From positions 4,867 through 68,866 of the forward strand of contig CACKRG010000006.1 in assembly GCA_902602515.1 (NCBI GenBank): 64,000 bases of DNA, in the 5' to 3' direction. The DNA comes from an uncultured Alphaproteobacteria bacterium (GTDB lineage Bacteria; Pseudomonadota; Alphaproteobacteria; HIMB59; GCA-002718135). Shown one piece after another: positions 18,780 to 28,926 of the stretch (position 1 is the first letter of the stretch; every line of letters begins with the position of its first letter). Under the pieces are notes generated by a model. That model did not search any database and had not been told where the DNA came from. It saw only the letters and a list, made by a program, of their open reading frames with translations. The translations under genes and the position numbers were made by a program.

Positions 18780-20711
18780 TTAATTAATTAAATTATATAT
18801 ATCTTGATACTCTTTAAGGCAATGTGGATTAATAAGCATTTCTGTATTTGATATATCTTCACCATTTATTATTTTTTTAATAATCAGTTCTACAATTTTT
18901 CCACTTCTTGTTTTTGGAATTTCATATACTGAAAAGATCTTTTTGGGCACATGTTTTGGGGATAAAGAATTTTTTAAATTATATTTTATGCTATCTATAA
19001 TTTTATCACTTAATTTATAATTTTTATTCATTACTACAAAAAGTATTACTTCTGTATCGTTTCTGACTTGACGATCTACTGCTAAACTTTCCGAAATTTC
19101 ATCCATATTTTCAATTACTCCATATAATTCAGCGGTTCCAATTCTTATGCCACCGGAATTTAATGTTGCATCTGATCTTCCATATATAATATATCCATTA
19201 TTGATAGTTTTTTTAGAGTAATCTCCATGGCACCAAATATTTTCAAAATTTTTAAAATATGCTTCTTTATATTTTTTAAAATTCTTATCATTCCAAAAAT
19301 ATATTGGTTTTGAAGGAAAGCTAGATTTGCAAACTAGTTCTCCTTTTAAATTTGTTAAACTACTACCTGCTTCATCATATATATCTACGTCCATACCAAG
19401 GCCAGCACATTGTATTTCACCACTAAAAACATCAAGTGAAGGGTTGCCTAACACAAAACATGAAACAATATCCGTACCACCACTTATAGATGCTAAATGA
19501 ATATCTTTTTTAATAAACTTATATACGTATTCAAAAGACTCATTTACTAAAGGCGAACCTGTTGACGCTATTATTTCCAATTTAGGGAGATTAAATTTTT
19601 TAATTATATTAATTTTTTGATTTTTTATTGTATCTATATATTTTGCACCAGTTCCGAAGAATTTTATTTTTTCTATTTCTGCTATATCAAATAAGGTTTC
19701 ATAATTTGGAATAAAGGGAGAACCATCATATAATACAATTGAAGCCTTTGAGGCTAGTGAAGAAACTAACCAATTCCACATCATCCAACCACAAGTTGTA
19801 AAATAAAATACTTTATCATTTTCATTTATATTACAATGTAATTGATGTTCTTTTTTATGTTGAATTAATGAACCGCCAGCTCCATGAACTATACATTTAG
19901 GAACTCCAGTCGTGCCACTTGAATAGAGTATATATAGAGGATGATTAAATTCAAATCTTTCAAATATCTCATTCTTATAATTTGATTTTTGAATTGAAAA
20001 CCATTCAATATATTTAAAATTAACATTTAAATTTGCTTTTTCTTTTTCATAGGGGATCACAATAATTTTTTCTATACTTGAAATATTTTCTAAAATTTCA
20101 GGAACAATCTTAGTAGTATATATTTTTTTTTGGTTATAATAGTAATAATCAGATATGATTAATATTTTTGGCTCAATTTGCTTAAATCTATCAATAATTG
20201 CCCTGGCACCAAAGTCTGATGAGCATGAAGTCCATATTGCTCCAATTTGTGATGTTGCAAGAAAAGACACTACTGTCTCAGGTAAGTTTGGAAGTATTGC
20301 AGCAATTCTATCAAATTTATAAACATTATTTTTTTTTAAAAAATATGAGAGCTTAAATACTTTTTCACGTAATTGTTTCCACGTAAGTGATTTTCTTAAC
20401 TTATTTTCAGAATAAAAAATTATTGCATCAGTATCGTTATTTTTAGATAAACAGTTTTCAGAGTAATTAATTTTGCTATTTTGAAAAAATTGACATTTAA
20501 TAAATTCTTTATTGTGTAAATAAACTTTACCTTTTAATTCGCCAATTATTTTGGTGAACCTCCATATTTCATTCCAAAAATCATTTTTGTGTTCAATGCT
20601 CCATTTATGTAAATCAAAATACGAATTAAATTTTAAATTCTTTAATGTGCTAATAAATTTTGATAAATTATTATTTTTATTTGACGCGGTCCACAACTTT
20701 AAGTTGTGCAT
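18780..20711 (-). CDS. Acetoacetate-CoA ligase
   Basis: YSSGTTGVPKCIVHGAGG, TTCGWMMWNWL, SISGGTD, GRSDATLN, PKTRSGK. Confidence 0.9.
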   Translation of the reverse strand: MHNLKLWTASNKNNNLSKFISTLKNLKFNSYFDLHKWSIEHKNDFWNEIWRFTKIIGELKGKVYLHNKEFIKCQFFQNSKINYSENCLSKNNDTDAIIFYSENKLRKSLTWKQLREKVFKLSYFLKKNNVYKFDRIAAILPNLPETVVSFLATSQIGAIWTSCSSDFGARAIIDRFKQIEPKILIISDYYYYNQKKIYTTKIVPEILENISSIEKIIVIPYEKEKANLNVNFKYIEWFSIQKSNYKNEIFERFEFNHPLYILYSSGTTGVPKCIVHGAGGSLIQHKKEHQLHCNINENDKVFYFTTCGWMMWNWLVSSLASKASIVLYDGSPFIPNYETLFDIAEIEKIKFFGTGAKYIDTIKNQKINIIKKFNLPKLEIIASTGSPLVNESFEYVYKFIKKDIHLASISGGTDIVSCFVLGNPSLDVFSGEIQCAGLGMDVDIYDEAGSSLTNLKGELVCKSSFPSKPIYFWNDKNFKKYKEAYFKNFENIWCHGDYSKKTINNGYIIYGRSDATLNSGGIRIGTAELYGVIENMDEISESLAVDRQVRNDTEVILFVVMNKNYKLSDKIIDSIKYNLKNSLSPKHVPKKIFSVYEIPKTRSGKIVELIIKKIINGEDISNTEMLINPHCLKEYQDIYNLIN

Positions 20712-20717
20712 ATATAT

Positions 20718-21176
20718 CTAGCTCTTTTTATTGTCTTTAAGTGATCTTACTCTAACTATTACGTCAATATTATGCAAATTTAAACATGCTGGAATTGATG
20801 GTAAATCTAAATTTATATTATCAGTTGGAATATCATGAACTTTACCCTCATCCTCAATATATAAATGATAGTGAGGCTTATTATTTGTATCATAAAGCGA
20901 TTTATTTTTATCAACTACAATTTCTCTAATGAGACCTAAGTTAGTAAATTGCTTTAGAGTATTATAAATAGTTGCCATTGAAATCTTACGGTCTTCTTTT
21001 TTTACTTCATCAAATAAGTTTTCTGCAGATATATGACGATTACCTTTTTGAAATAAAATTTTAGCAAGAATTCTTCTTTGTTTAGTTGGGATAATACCGC
21101 TTTCTTCTATTTTTTTTAATGCTATATTGTAAGCATTAAATGGATCATATGCTTTTGCTTTACTCTCTATTTTCAT
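20718..21176 (-). CDS. irr: Fur-family iron response regulator Irr
   Basis: TKQR, HISAE, ATIYNTLKQF, YDTN..HYH; no Cys zinc site. Confidence 0.8.
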   Translation of the reverse strand: MKIESKAKAYDPFNAYNIALKKIEESGIIPTKQRRILAKILFQKGNRHISAENLFDEVKKEDRKISMATIYNTLKQFTNLGLIREIVVDKNKSLYDTNNKPHYHLYIEDEGKVHDIPTDNINLDLPSIPACLNLHNIDVIVRVRSLKDNKKS

Positions 21177-21190
21177 AAATATACTAATTT

Positions 21191-21988
21191 ATGGTTTACA
21201 TTTTTTCAGCAATTTTTCTATATATTTTTTTCGGTTTGCTTCTTTATGTTCTTCAAAGACGTATACTTTTCAACACATCTGGACATCCTGGCACACCTGC
21301 TGATTACCAATTATATTCAACGAAAGAGATCCAAATTGTAACTGAAGATAAAATAAAACTCTTAGCTTGGCTCCACTTAGGAGATAAAAAACTTCCATTA
21401 TTGGTATATTTTCATGGAAATTCTTTTAATATTGGAGATAGAGCATTTAGGATTAGAAGATATATTGATCAAAATTGGAATGTAGTTCTAGTATCTTGGA
21501 GAGGATTTTCAGGTAATAAAGGAAAACCAACTGAAGAAAATTTATACAAAGATGGTGAAGCAGTATTAAAGTATATAAAAAAATATTCTAATTTTTCAAA
21601 AGATCAAATTGTCGTTTATGGAGAATCTTTAGGATCTGGAGTAGCAATTGAATTAGCTACAAGATATAATTTTTTAAGTGTTGTTCTAGAAGCCCCATTT
21701 ACTTCTATTTCTGATATTGCAAAAAAAAGATATAAAATATATCCAACAAAGTATCTTGTTAAAGACAAATTCGATAATTTAAGTAAGATTGATAAAATAA
21801 AATCTCCTTTATTAGTTGTTAGTGGAAAAAAAGACGAAATTGTTCCCCATGACCATAGCTTAAAGCTTTTAAATAAGGCTAAAGTGAAAAAAAAAGGTGT
21901 TTTTGTTGACGAAGCAATACATAATAATCTATACGATTTTGGCATTGATAAAGAGGTAATTGCATTTAATTTAAGATTATGGAAATAG
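21191..21988 (+). CDS. Membrane-anchored alpha/beta hydrolase (ABHD13/BEM46-like)
   Basis: N-terminal TM, YFHGN, GESLG nucleophile elbow, D and H triad residues. Confidence 0.85.
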   Translation: MVYIFSAIFLYIFFGLLLYVLQRRILFNTSGHPGTPADYQLYSTKEIQIVTEDKIKLLAWLHLGDKKLPLLVYFHGNSFNIGDRAFRIRRYIDQNWNVVLVSWRGFSGNKGKPTEENLYKDGEAVLKYIKKYSNFSKDQIVVYGESLGSGVAIELATRYNFLSVVLEAPFTSISDIAKKRYKIYPTKYLVKDKFDNLSKIDKIKSPLLVVSGKKDEIVPHDHSLKLLNKAKVKKKGVFVDEAIHNNLYDFGIDKEVIAFNLRLWK

Positions 21989-23280
21989 ATTTAACAACAT
22001 CATATGTAGGTATTCTTAGCCTTATAGTATTTGTATTAGCATATGCTGTAGTTATGGCTGAAGAATTTAGTCATTTACGTAAATCTAAGCCAGTAATTAT
22101 TTCTGCAGCGGTTATTTGGGCAATTATCGCTTTCCATTTTGCTTCCGATAAAGAATATGCTCATAAGATTGAATATGCTTTAGAGCATAATATTCTTGAG
22201 TTTGCTGAACTTTTTTTATTTCTTTTAGTAGCCATGACTTATATCAATGCTCTTGAAGAGAGAAAAGTTTTTGATAATGTAAGATATCAACTTACTTCAA
22301 GAGGTTTTAGCTTTAGACAGCTCTTCATTTTTACTGGTATTATTACTTTTTTCCTTTCACCAATTGCAGATAATTTAACAACTGCACTTGTTATGTGTTC
22401 GGTTGTAATGGCATGTGGAAAAGGTAATTCTAAATTTATTTCTATAGGTTGTATTAATATAGTTGTTGCAGCAAATGCAGGTGGAGCTTTTAGTCCATTT
22501 GGAGACATTACTACATTAATGGTTTGGCAAGCTGGTATTGTTGAGTTTTTTACTTTCTTTAAAATATTTTTCCCATCAGTTATTAATTATATTATTCCAG
22601 CAGCTGTTATGTATTTCTTTATACCTATTGATAAACCTCAGGTTAGTTCAGAAAAAGTTATTATTAAAAGAGGTGGAAAATTTATTATCTTTTTAGGCCT
22701 ACTTACTATTTTTAGTGCTGTTAATTTTCACAACATTTTACACTTACCACCAATGCTAGGAATGATGTTCGGTTTAGGTCTTTTAGGAATCTATTCATTT
22801 TACTTAAAAATAACACACAATCCATCAGTGGAAGATGAAAAGTTTGATTTTTTTAGAAAAGTTTCAAGAGCTGAATGGGATACCTTACTATTTTTCTTTG
22901 GTGTAATACTGAGTGTAGGTGGCTTAGGATTTATTGGATATTTAACATTAGTATCGGAATTTTTATACGTTGGATTAGGTCCAACAATGGCAAATTCCAT
23001 TGTAGGAGTTTTATCAGCCATTGTTGATAATATTCCAGTTATGTTTGCTGTAATTACAATGAGACCTGAAATGTCTATAGATCAATGGCTGCTTGTAACT
23101 CTTACTACTGGTGTAGGAGGTAGCTTACTATCAATAGGTTCTGCTGCTGGTGTAGCCCTAATGGGTCAAGCAAGAGGATATTATACTTTTTTTGGACATT
23201 TAAAATGGACTCCAGTGATATTTGTAGGATATGTAGCAAGTATTTACCTTCATGTTTTAATGACTGATTTGCCTTGGTAA
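21979..23280 (+). CDS. nhaD: Na+/H+ antiporter NhaD
   Basis: LRKSKP, ADNLTTAL, ANAGGAFSPFGDITT, VDNIP, SIGSAAGVALMG. Confidence 0.92.
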   Translation: MEIDLTTSYVGILSLIVFVLAYAVVMAEEFSHLRKSKPVIISAAVIWAIIAFHFASDKEYAHKIEYALEHNILEFAELFLFLLVAMTYINALEERKVFDNVRYQLTSRGFSFRQLFIFTGIITFFLSPIADNLTTALVMCSVVMACGKGNSKFISIGCINIVVAANAGGAFSPFGDITTLMVWQAGIVEFFTFFKIFFPSVINYIIPAAVMYFFIPIDKPQVSSEKVIIKRGGKFIIFLGLLTIFSAVNFHNILHLPPMLGMMFGLGLLGIYSFYLKITHNPSVEDEKFDFFRKVSRAEWDTLLFFFGVILSVGGLGFIGYLTLVSEFLYVGLGPTMANSIVGVLSAIVDNIPVMFAVITMRPEMSIDQWLLVTLTTGVGGSLLSIGSAAGVALMGQARGYYTFFGHLKWTPVIFVGYVASIYLHVLMTDLPW

Positions 23281-24839
23281 TTTAAATTATCAATAAATAA
23301 AAATATAATCATACTTAATATTAAAATAACACCAGCAACAAAAGAAGCTTCATTAAATTTATAAACACTAATCAATTTATATAAATAAGATGGTAAGGTA
23401 TCAAAATTTTGATCTTTAAAAAATGATATTATTGTAAAGTCACCAAAAGTAATTACTGTTGAAAATGCAAATACAAAAAATATATTTTTTTTAATTATTG
23501 GGAGTAAAATAATAAAATAATTTATTATACTAAAACGAAAAGTTTGCTGAAAATTTTCAAAATTTAAAAAAATATTTTTTAGGTTATTAAAAAGTATTAA
23601 TATAGAAAAGGGTAATAAACAAAGACAATTTATCAAAACTATAACAAAATATTTAAAAAATTGCAGATATCTTAATTCACCCAATACAATAAAATAACCA
23701 AGACTAAATATAATTGGAGAAATAATTATTATTGAAGAGCTTATTAAAAAAATTGATTGTTGAAAAATCATATTTTTATAATTTATTACAAGTATTGATG
23801 AAATTATAAATCCAAATACACTTACAATTATTCCTGTAGTAATTGAAATAAGTAGAGAATTAAAAAAAGATTCTAAAAATTTTTCATTAATAAAGGATAA
23901 ATAAATACCATTATTTATAAAATGATAAATTACAGAAAGTATTGGAGAAAAAAGAAATATCGAAAAAAACACAATTATTAAAAAATCTATAATTTTTATA
24001 GTTTTGTATTCTTTATGAGGATGAATAAAATTAATTTCATCTATTTCAAAAAAATTTGAACCTTTTAATTTGTAAAAACCAATAAATAAAAAAAATAAAC
24101 AGATAAAAATTTGTAAAAAACTGAGTAAAATTGCTTTATTAAAATTTAGTTCAAAAAGTGCATATTGATAAATTGCCACCTCAATTGTTGAATACATAGG
24201 TCCACCACCTAATGCCATTACTATTGCAAAACTTAAAAAACATAGAGAGAATATTATTGAGAATACAGTAAAAAAATTTTGCCTTATGTAAGGTATTTCT
24301 AGTTTAAGAAGATTACCAAAAAAAGTAATGTTTAAAGAGCTGGATATTTCATAATATTTTAAAGGAATACTATTTAAGGATTGAAAAAATAATCGCGTCG
24401 CAAATGGTGTATTTAGAAGTATATGTGCAATTAAAATCGCTTTCATTCCAAAAATTGTCTCTATTGATAAATTCTCATACAAATTAAAATACGAGTTATA
24501 AAGACCATTATTTCCAAAGAGTTTTATAACTGCAAATACTATTAAGATTGTCGGTATAACAAAACAAAAACCACAAAGAGAAATGATAAATTTAATAATT
24601 TTTAAATTCTTATGTCTATTTAATGCTAATGCGAATGGAATAGCTAAAAAACAACTTAATGTTGCTGAAATAAAAGCTTGATACAATGAGAAATAAATTA
24701 GACGATGTGTATAAGAATTCTGAAAAAAATTATAAATTACGTCTAAATCAAAGTTAATTTTTGAAAAAATACCTATGAAAGGTAATAGGATTATTAATCC
24801 AAAAAAAAATAATACTGAATAATTATATTTATGATACAA
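23250..24839 (-). CDS. thiP: Thiamine ABC transporter permease
   Basis: Duplicated permease; AHILLNTP, SFAIVMALGGGP..TIEVAIYQ, GDF; follows thiB. Confidence 0.85.
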   Translation of the reverse strand: MYHKYNYSVLFFFGLIILLPFIGIFSKINFDLDVIYNFFQNSYTHRLIYFSLYQAFISATLSCFLAIPFALALNRHKNLKIIKFIISLCGFCFVIPTILIVFAVIKLFGNNGLYNSYFNLYENLSIETIFGMKAILIAHILLNTPFATRLFFQSLNSIPLKYYEISSSLNITFFGNLLKLEIPYIRQNFFTVFSIIFSLCFLSFAIVMALGGGPMYSTIEVAIYQYALFELNFNKAILLSFLQIFICLFFLFIGFYKLKGSNFFEIDEINFIHPHKEYKTIKIIDFLIIVFFSIFLFSPILSVIYHFINNGIYLSFINEKFLESFFNSLLISITTGIIVSVFGFIISSILVINYKNMIFQQSIFLISSSIIIISPIIFSLGYFIVLGELRYLQFFKYFVIVLINCLCLLPFSILILFNNLKNIFLNFENFQQTFRFSIINYFIILLPIIKKNIFFVFAFSTVITFGDFTIISFFKDQNFDTLPSYLYKLISVYKFNEASFVAGVILILSMIIFLFIDNLNYQGKSVIKT

Positions 24840-24844
24840 TTTAT

Positions 24845-25828
24845 TTATAAAGCATTAAGCCACTCATCAATCCATTTATCTTTATTTTTATTAATTTCTT
24901 TTGGATCTATTTGAATAAAGTTAGGAACTTTGAGTTCATCAAATGCTTCAGGTAAATTTTTTATATTTATAACAGGGTACATTATATTTGTTGATGGAAT
25001 GACAGATTGAAATTCTTCAGATAACATAAATTTAAGAAATTTGTTTGCTAAATCTTTATTTATTGAATTATTTAAAATGCCTGCAAACTCGATTGTCAAA
25101 TAATTTCCTTCTTCAAAAGTTGTAGCACGTATGTCATATCTTTCTTCAAACATAATATGAGCTGCAGGAGATGTAGTATAGCTCAAAACCATATCTGCTT
25201 CACCTGCCATAAAAAAATTATAATATGCATCAGTCCATCCTTTGGTAACGGAAATAATTTTTTTATTTAACCTTTTCCATTGATCACCAGCCTGATCTCC
25301 ATATAAAGCTTTCATCCAAGTTAATAATCCTAATCCTGGAGTAGATGTTCTAGGGTCTTGAATAACAATTCTAGCATTAGTAGAATTGATTAATTCATAC
25401 ATAGATTTCGGTGGTGTTTCTAAATTTGCTTCATTGTATACAAAAGAGAAGTACCCATAATTATATGGTATAAATTTATTACTTTCCCATTTTAATGGTA
25501 AATTTATTAAATTGTTAATATCATTAATATTATGAGATGAAAAAAGACCTGATTGTTCGGCTAAATTAAATAAATTCATATCAAGACCTAAAACAATATC
25601 TGCTTTTGTAGAATCACCTTCTAAAATAACTTTATTTAATAATGTTGCTGCACTATCTACTGACACAAACTCTATATCTGTGTTATGTTTTTCTTCAAAT
25701 ATCTTTTCAATTATTGGTCCAGGACCCCATTCTGAAACAAAAGAGTCATAGGTGTAAATAGTTAGTTTATCAGCATAGATTGAGAAAGAGATAGATAAGG
25801 TAGTAAAAAAAATTAGTATTGATTTCAT
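24845..25828 (-). CDS. thiB: Thiamine ABC transporter substrate-binding protein
   Basis: YTYDSFVSEWGPGP, QDPRTSTPGLG, SYTTSPA; upstream TPP riboswitch. Confidence 0.95.
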   Translation of the reverse strand: MKSILIFFTTLSISFSIYADKLTIYTYDSFVSEWGPGPIIEKIFEEKHNTDIEFVSVDSAATLLNKVILEGDSTKADIVLGLDMNLFNLAEQSGLFSSHNINDINNLINLPLKWESNKFIPYNYGYFSFVYNEANLETPPKSMYELINSTNARIVIQDPRTSTPGLGLLTWMKALYGDQAGDQWKRLNKKIISVTKGWTDAYYNFFMAGEADMVLSYTTSPAAHIMFEERYDIRATTFEEGNYLTIEFAGILNNSINKDLANKFLKFMLSEEFQSVIPSTNIMYPVINIKNLPEAFDELKVPNFIQIDPKEINKNKDKWIDEWLNAL

Positions 25829-25900
25829 TTTTCCTCCGCTGGCATTATCCAGATCAGGTTAAAAGGGTATAAATCTCAGCATTTAAGCACCCCTAGATAT
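25826..25900 (-). ncRNA. TPP riboswitch (minimal)
   Basis: Minus strand reads ATATCTAGGGGTGC-TTAAAT-GCTGAGA-TTTATACCC-TTTTAACCTGATCTGGATAATGCCAGCGGAGGAAAAATG, containing the canonical GGGGUG, GCUGAGA, AUACCC and CCUGAUCUGGAUAAUGCCAGCG blocks. Confidence 0.95.
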
Positions 25901-25977
25901 TAATATAATAAATTTTATTTTAAAAACAAACATAAAAGAATTGTTTTTAGCTTATTTATGAATATAACAATTTTTCT

Positions 25978-26054
25978 CGGGGAGTAGCGCAGCCTGGTAG
26001 CGCACCTGGTTTGGGACCAGGGGGTCGAAGGTTCGAATCCTTTCTCCCCGACCA
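25978..26054 (+). tRNA. tRNA-Pro(TGG)
   Basis: CGGGGAG/CTCCCCG acceptor, CCTGG-TTTGGGA-CCAGG, encoded CCA. Confidence 0.97.
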
Positions 26055-26112
26055 TAATATTAGTAAATAGCCTATTATTTAAATATAAATCACATATATA
26101 GCAATTACCATT

Positions 26113-27732
26113 ATGATTAAAACTACTATTGGTCAATTTGCTAATTCTCTAGGGTTAAATAAAGACGAATATATTCCAAAAGGAAAAGCTTCCTTTTCAC
26201 TTTTTAAAATTGAAATTTTATCAGGACTAACTGTTGCAATTGCACTTGTTCCTGAAGCAATTGCTTTTGCATTTGTTGCAGGTGTAACTCCACTATCAGG
26301 TTTGTATGCAGCATTTATTGTAGGATTGGTAACTGCAATCTTTGGAGGTAGGCCAGGAATGATTTCTGGTGCAACAGGAGCTTTGGCAGTTGTTATGGTA
26401 TCATTAGTATCAGAACATGGAGTTCAATACTTGTTTGCTACAGTTATTCTTATGGGTGTTTTGCAATTTCTTGCTGGAATATTTAAATTAGGAAAATTTA
26501 TGCGTATGGTCCCTCAACCTGTAATGCTAGGTTTTGTTAATGGATTAGCTATTGTAATTGGTTTATCTCAATTGCATCAATTTCAAATATATAACTTTGA
26601 TGGAACTTTTACATGGATGTCTGGGGAGGTTCTTACATATTCTTTAGTATTAGTTTTCTTAACCATGTTAATTATATGGTATTTACCAAGGGTTACTAAA
26701 TTCATCCCATCTACATTAGCTGCAATTCTTCTAGTTACTTTTTTAGTTCTGCTTTTAGATTTACCAGTTCCAAGAGTAGGGGATTTAGCAAGTGTAGCAG
26801 GAGGACTTCCAAATTTTTCCATTCCAACAGTTCCACTTAATTTAGATACTTTTTTTATTATCTTTCCTTACGCAATTATTTTGGCTTCTATTGGTCTAAT
26901 TGAAAGCTTGTTGACTCTTAATCTTGTAGGAGAAATTACTAACAAAAAAGGTGGAACTAGACAAGAATGTTTAGCTCAAGGTGTCGCTAATGGTATCACA
27001 GGCTTTTTTGGAGGTATGGGTGGTTGCGCTATGATTGGACAATCAATGATAAATGTAAAATCTGGAGGAAGAACAAGAATTGCAGGCATATCAGCAGCAA
27101 TTTTTTTACTAATTTTTATTCTTTATACTTCAAATCTAATTGAACTTATTCCAATAGCATCTTTAGTAGGAGTAATGTTTATGGTTGTTATTGGAACATT
27201 TGCATGGAATTCACTAAAATTATTATTTTATGTCCCACGATCTGATGCATTAGTAATTATTTTAGTAACTGTAATAACTGTTTTAGAAGATTTAGCTGTA
27301 GCTGTAGTTGCCGGAGTTATTGTAAATGCACTAGTATTTGCATGGAAATCTGCTTCAAGAATTAGAGCAATTGAGAGACAATCAAGAACAGAAAAAGGTG
27401 CTAAAGTGTATGAAATAGAAGGTCCTCTTTTTTTTAGCTCTACGAATAGTTTTTTGGAAATTTTTAATCCTAATGAAGATCCAAATTTGGTAATAATAGA
27501 TTTTGCAAATTCAAAAGTAATTGATCAATCAGCTTTAAAAGCTATAGAAGATGTTGCAGAACGTTATTCTAAAATCGGCAAACAAGTTAAACTGAGACAC
27601 TTAACAAAAGATTGCCATCGCTTACTTAGAAAAACAGGGCAGCTTATTGTTGATAGTGATGATGACCCTGACTATGGAATTGCAGTTGACTATGAAGTAA
27701 AATTAGGAATTTTGGCAAATAACTATTCTTGA
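26113..27732 (+). CDS. SulP/SLC26 anion transporter with STAS domain
   Basis: GLTVAIALVPEAIAF, GGRPGMISGATGA, GPLFF, IDQSAL. Confidence 0.92.
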   Translation: MIKTTIGQFANSLGLNKDEYIPKGKASFSLFKIEILSGLTVAIALVPEAIAFAFVAGVTPLSGLYAAFIVGLVTAIFGGRPGMISGATGALAVVMVSLVSEHGVQYLFATVILMGVLQFLAGIFKLGKFMRMVPQPVMLGFVNGLAIVIGLSQLHQFQIYNFDGTFTWMSGEVLTYSLVLVFLTMLIIWYLPRVTKFIPSTLAAILLVTFLVLLLDLPVPRVGDLASVAGGLPNFSIPTVPLNLDTFFIIFPYAIILASIGLIESLLTLNLVGEITNKKGGTRQECLAQGVANGITGFFGGMGGCAMIGQSMINVKSGGRTRIAGISAAIFLLIFILYTSNLIELIPIASLVGVMFMVVIGTFAWNSLKLLFYVPRSDALVIILVTVITVLEDLAVAVVAGVIVNALVFAWKSASRIRAIERQSRTEKGAKVYEIEGPLFFSSTNSFLEIFNPNEDPNLVIIDFANSKVIDQSALKAIEDVAERYSKIGKQVKLRHLTKDCHRLLRKTGQLIVDSDDDPDYGIAVDYEVKLGILANNYS

Positions 27733-27791
27733 TAATTAGTAAGTACAACTGTAATTATAATTCTATGAATTTAAAACTTAACGTTTAAAAA

Positions 27792-28922
27792 ATGATTAAA
27801 AATAGATATGTTCGATCAGTTGTTTTAGAAGGTAAAGGAAAGTTATCTCTTCAAAATTTTCCATATCCTGATCTAAAAGAAAATTGTGCAATAATTAAAA
27901 TGGAATATTCAGGAATATGCGGAACTGACAAGCATTCTTTTGAGGGATTTTTTCATCAAAAAGGTGGAAGACCTATTCCACTACCTGTAATACAAGGTCA
28001 TGAAAATGTTGGAATTATTGAAGAGATTAATGGTGAACTTTTAGATCATGATGGTCAAATCCTTAAAGTGGGCGATAGAGTTGTTCCAGCACCAAATGTA
28101 TCCTGTGGAAAGTGTTTTCCATGTAGGAATAATAGACCATATTATTATTGTGAAGCAAAACTAGATTATGGAAATAACATAGGCGCAGGTGAAGAGCCTC
28201 ATATTTTTGGAGGATGGAGTGAATATTTATATATTTTACCAGGAAGTCACCTATTTAAGTTTCCAGATACATTAGATCCTAAATATGGGACTTTCATTGA
28301 GCCATTATCTGTTACAGGTTGTTTAGATAAAGCAAGACAATGGTCCTCTGAATGGGAGCCATTTAGAAGTGGTGATACCGTCGTAATATTAGGTACAGGT
28401 CCTATTGGTTTATTTCACCTAATAAAATCTAATTTAATGGGTGCAGGTAAAATAATTGCAGTTGATCCTTATAAATTTAGAACTTCAGTTGCATTAGAAT
28501 TTGGTGCTAGTGAAGTTGTAGTTAGTAATCACAAAGAAGAAATTAAAGATAACATTAAAAGAATTACAAAAAACATTGGAGCAGATCTTGTTGTTGATTG
28601 TACAGGTGTTTCTGAGGGTTTTACAACAGCATTAGAATTAATTCGTGAGGGTGGCATGGTTTTAGAAGTAGGTATTTTTTCTAATTCCCATGAAATTCCA
28701 ATAAATCCTCACTCTCAAATTTTAGAAAAGAGTGCTAGAGTAATTGGTGTTGGCGGCGATGATATTTCCCAATATTATCCATCAATTAAAATATTAGAGA
28801 GAAACATTGAAAAATTACCATGGGAAAAAATAATTTCTCATAATTATCATATAGAAAAAGTTCATGAAGCAATGGGTGTAGCTATGAGTCAAAATTCTAT
28901 GAAGGTTTTATTGCATCCTTAA
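27792..28922 (+). CDS. Zinc-dependent medium-chain dehydrogenase, substrate unknown
   Basis: GICGTD, GHE, CGKCFPC..C structural zinc, GTGPIG Rossmann. Confidence 0.88.
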   Translation: MIKNRYVRSVVLEGKGKLSLQNFPYPDLKENCAIIKMEYSGICGTDKHSFEGFFHQKGGRPIPLPVIQGHENVGIIEEINGELLDHDGQILKVGDRVVPAPNVSCGKCFPCRNNRPYYYCEAKLDYGNNIGAGEEPHIFGGWSEYLYILPGSHLFKFPDTLDPKYGTFIEPLSVTGCLDKARQWSSEWEPFRSGDTVVILGTGPIGLFHLIKSNLMGAGKIIAVDPYKFRTSVALEFGASEVVVSNHKEEIKDNIKRITKNIGADLVVDCTGVSEGFTTALELIREGGMVLEVGIFSNSHEIPINPHSQILEKSARVIGVGGDDISQYYPSIKILERNIEKLPWEKIISHNYHIEKVHEAMGVAMSQNSMKVLLHP

Positions 28923-28926
28923 TTTG

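Noticed and set aside
25915-26136. 73-aa ORF on the minus strand
   Set aside because: Antisense translation of tRNA-Pro.
26113-27732. SulP as a BicA bicarbonate transporter
   Set aside because: Substrate cannot be inferred from sequence, and there is no carbonic anhydrase or carbon-fixation context.
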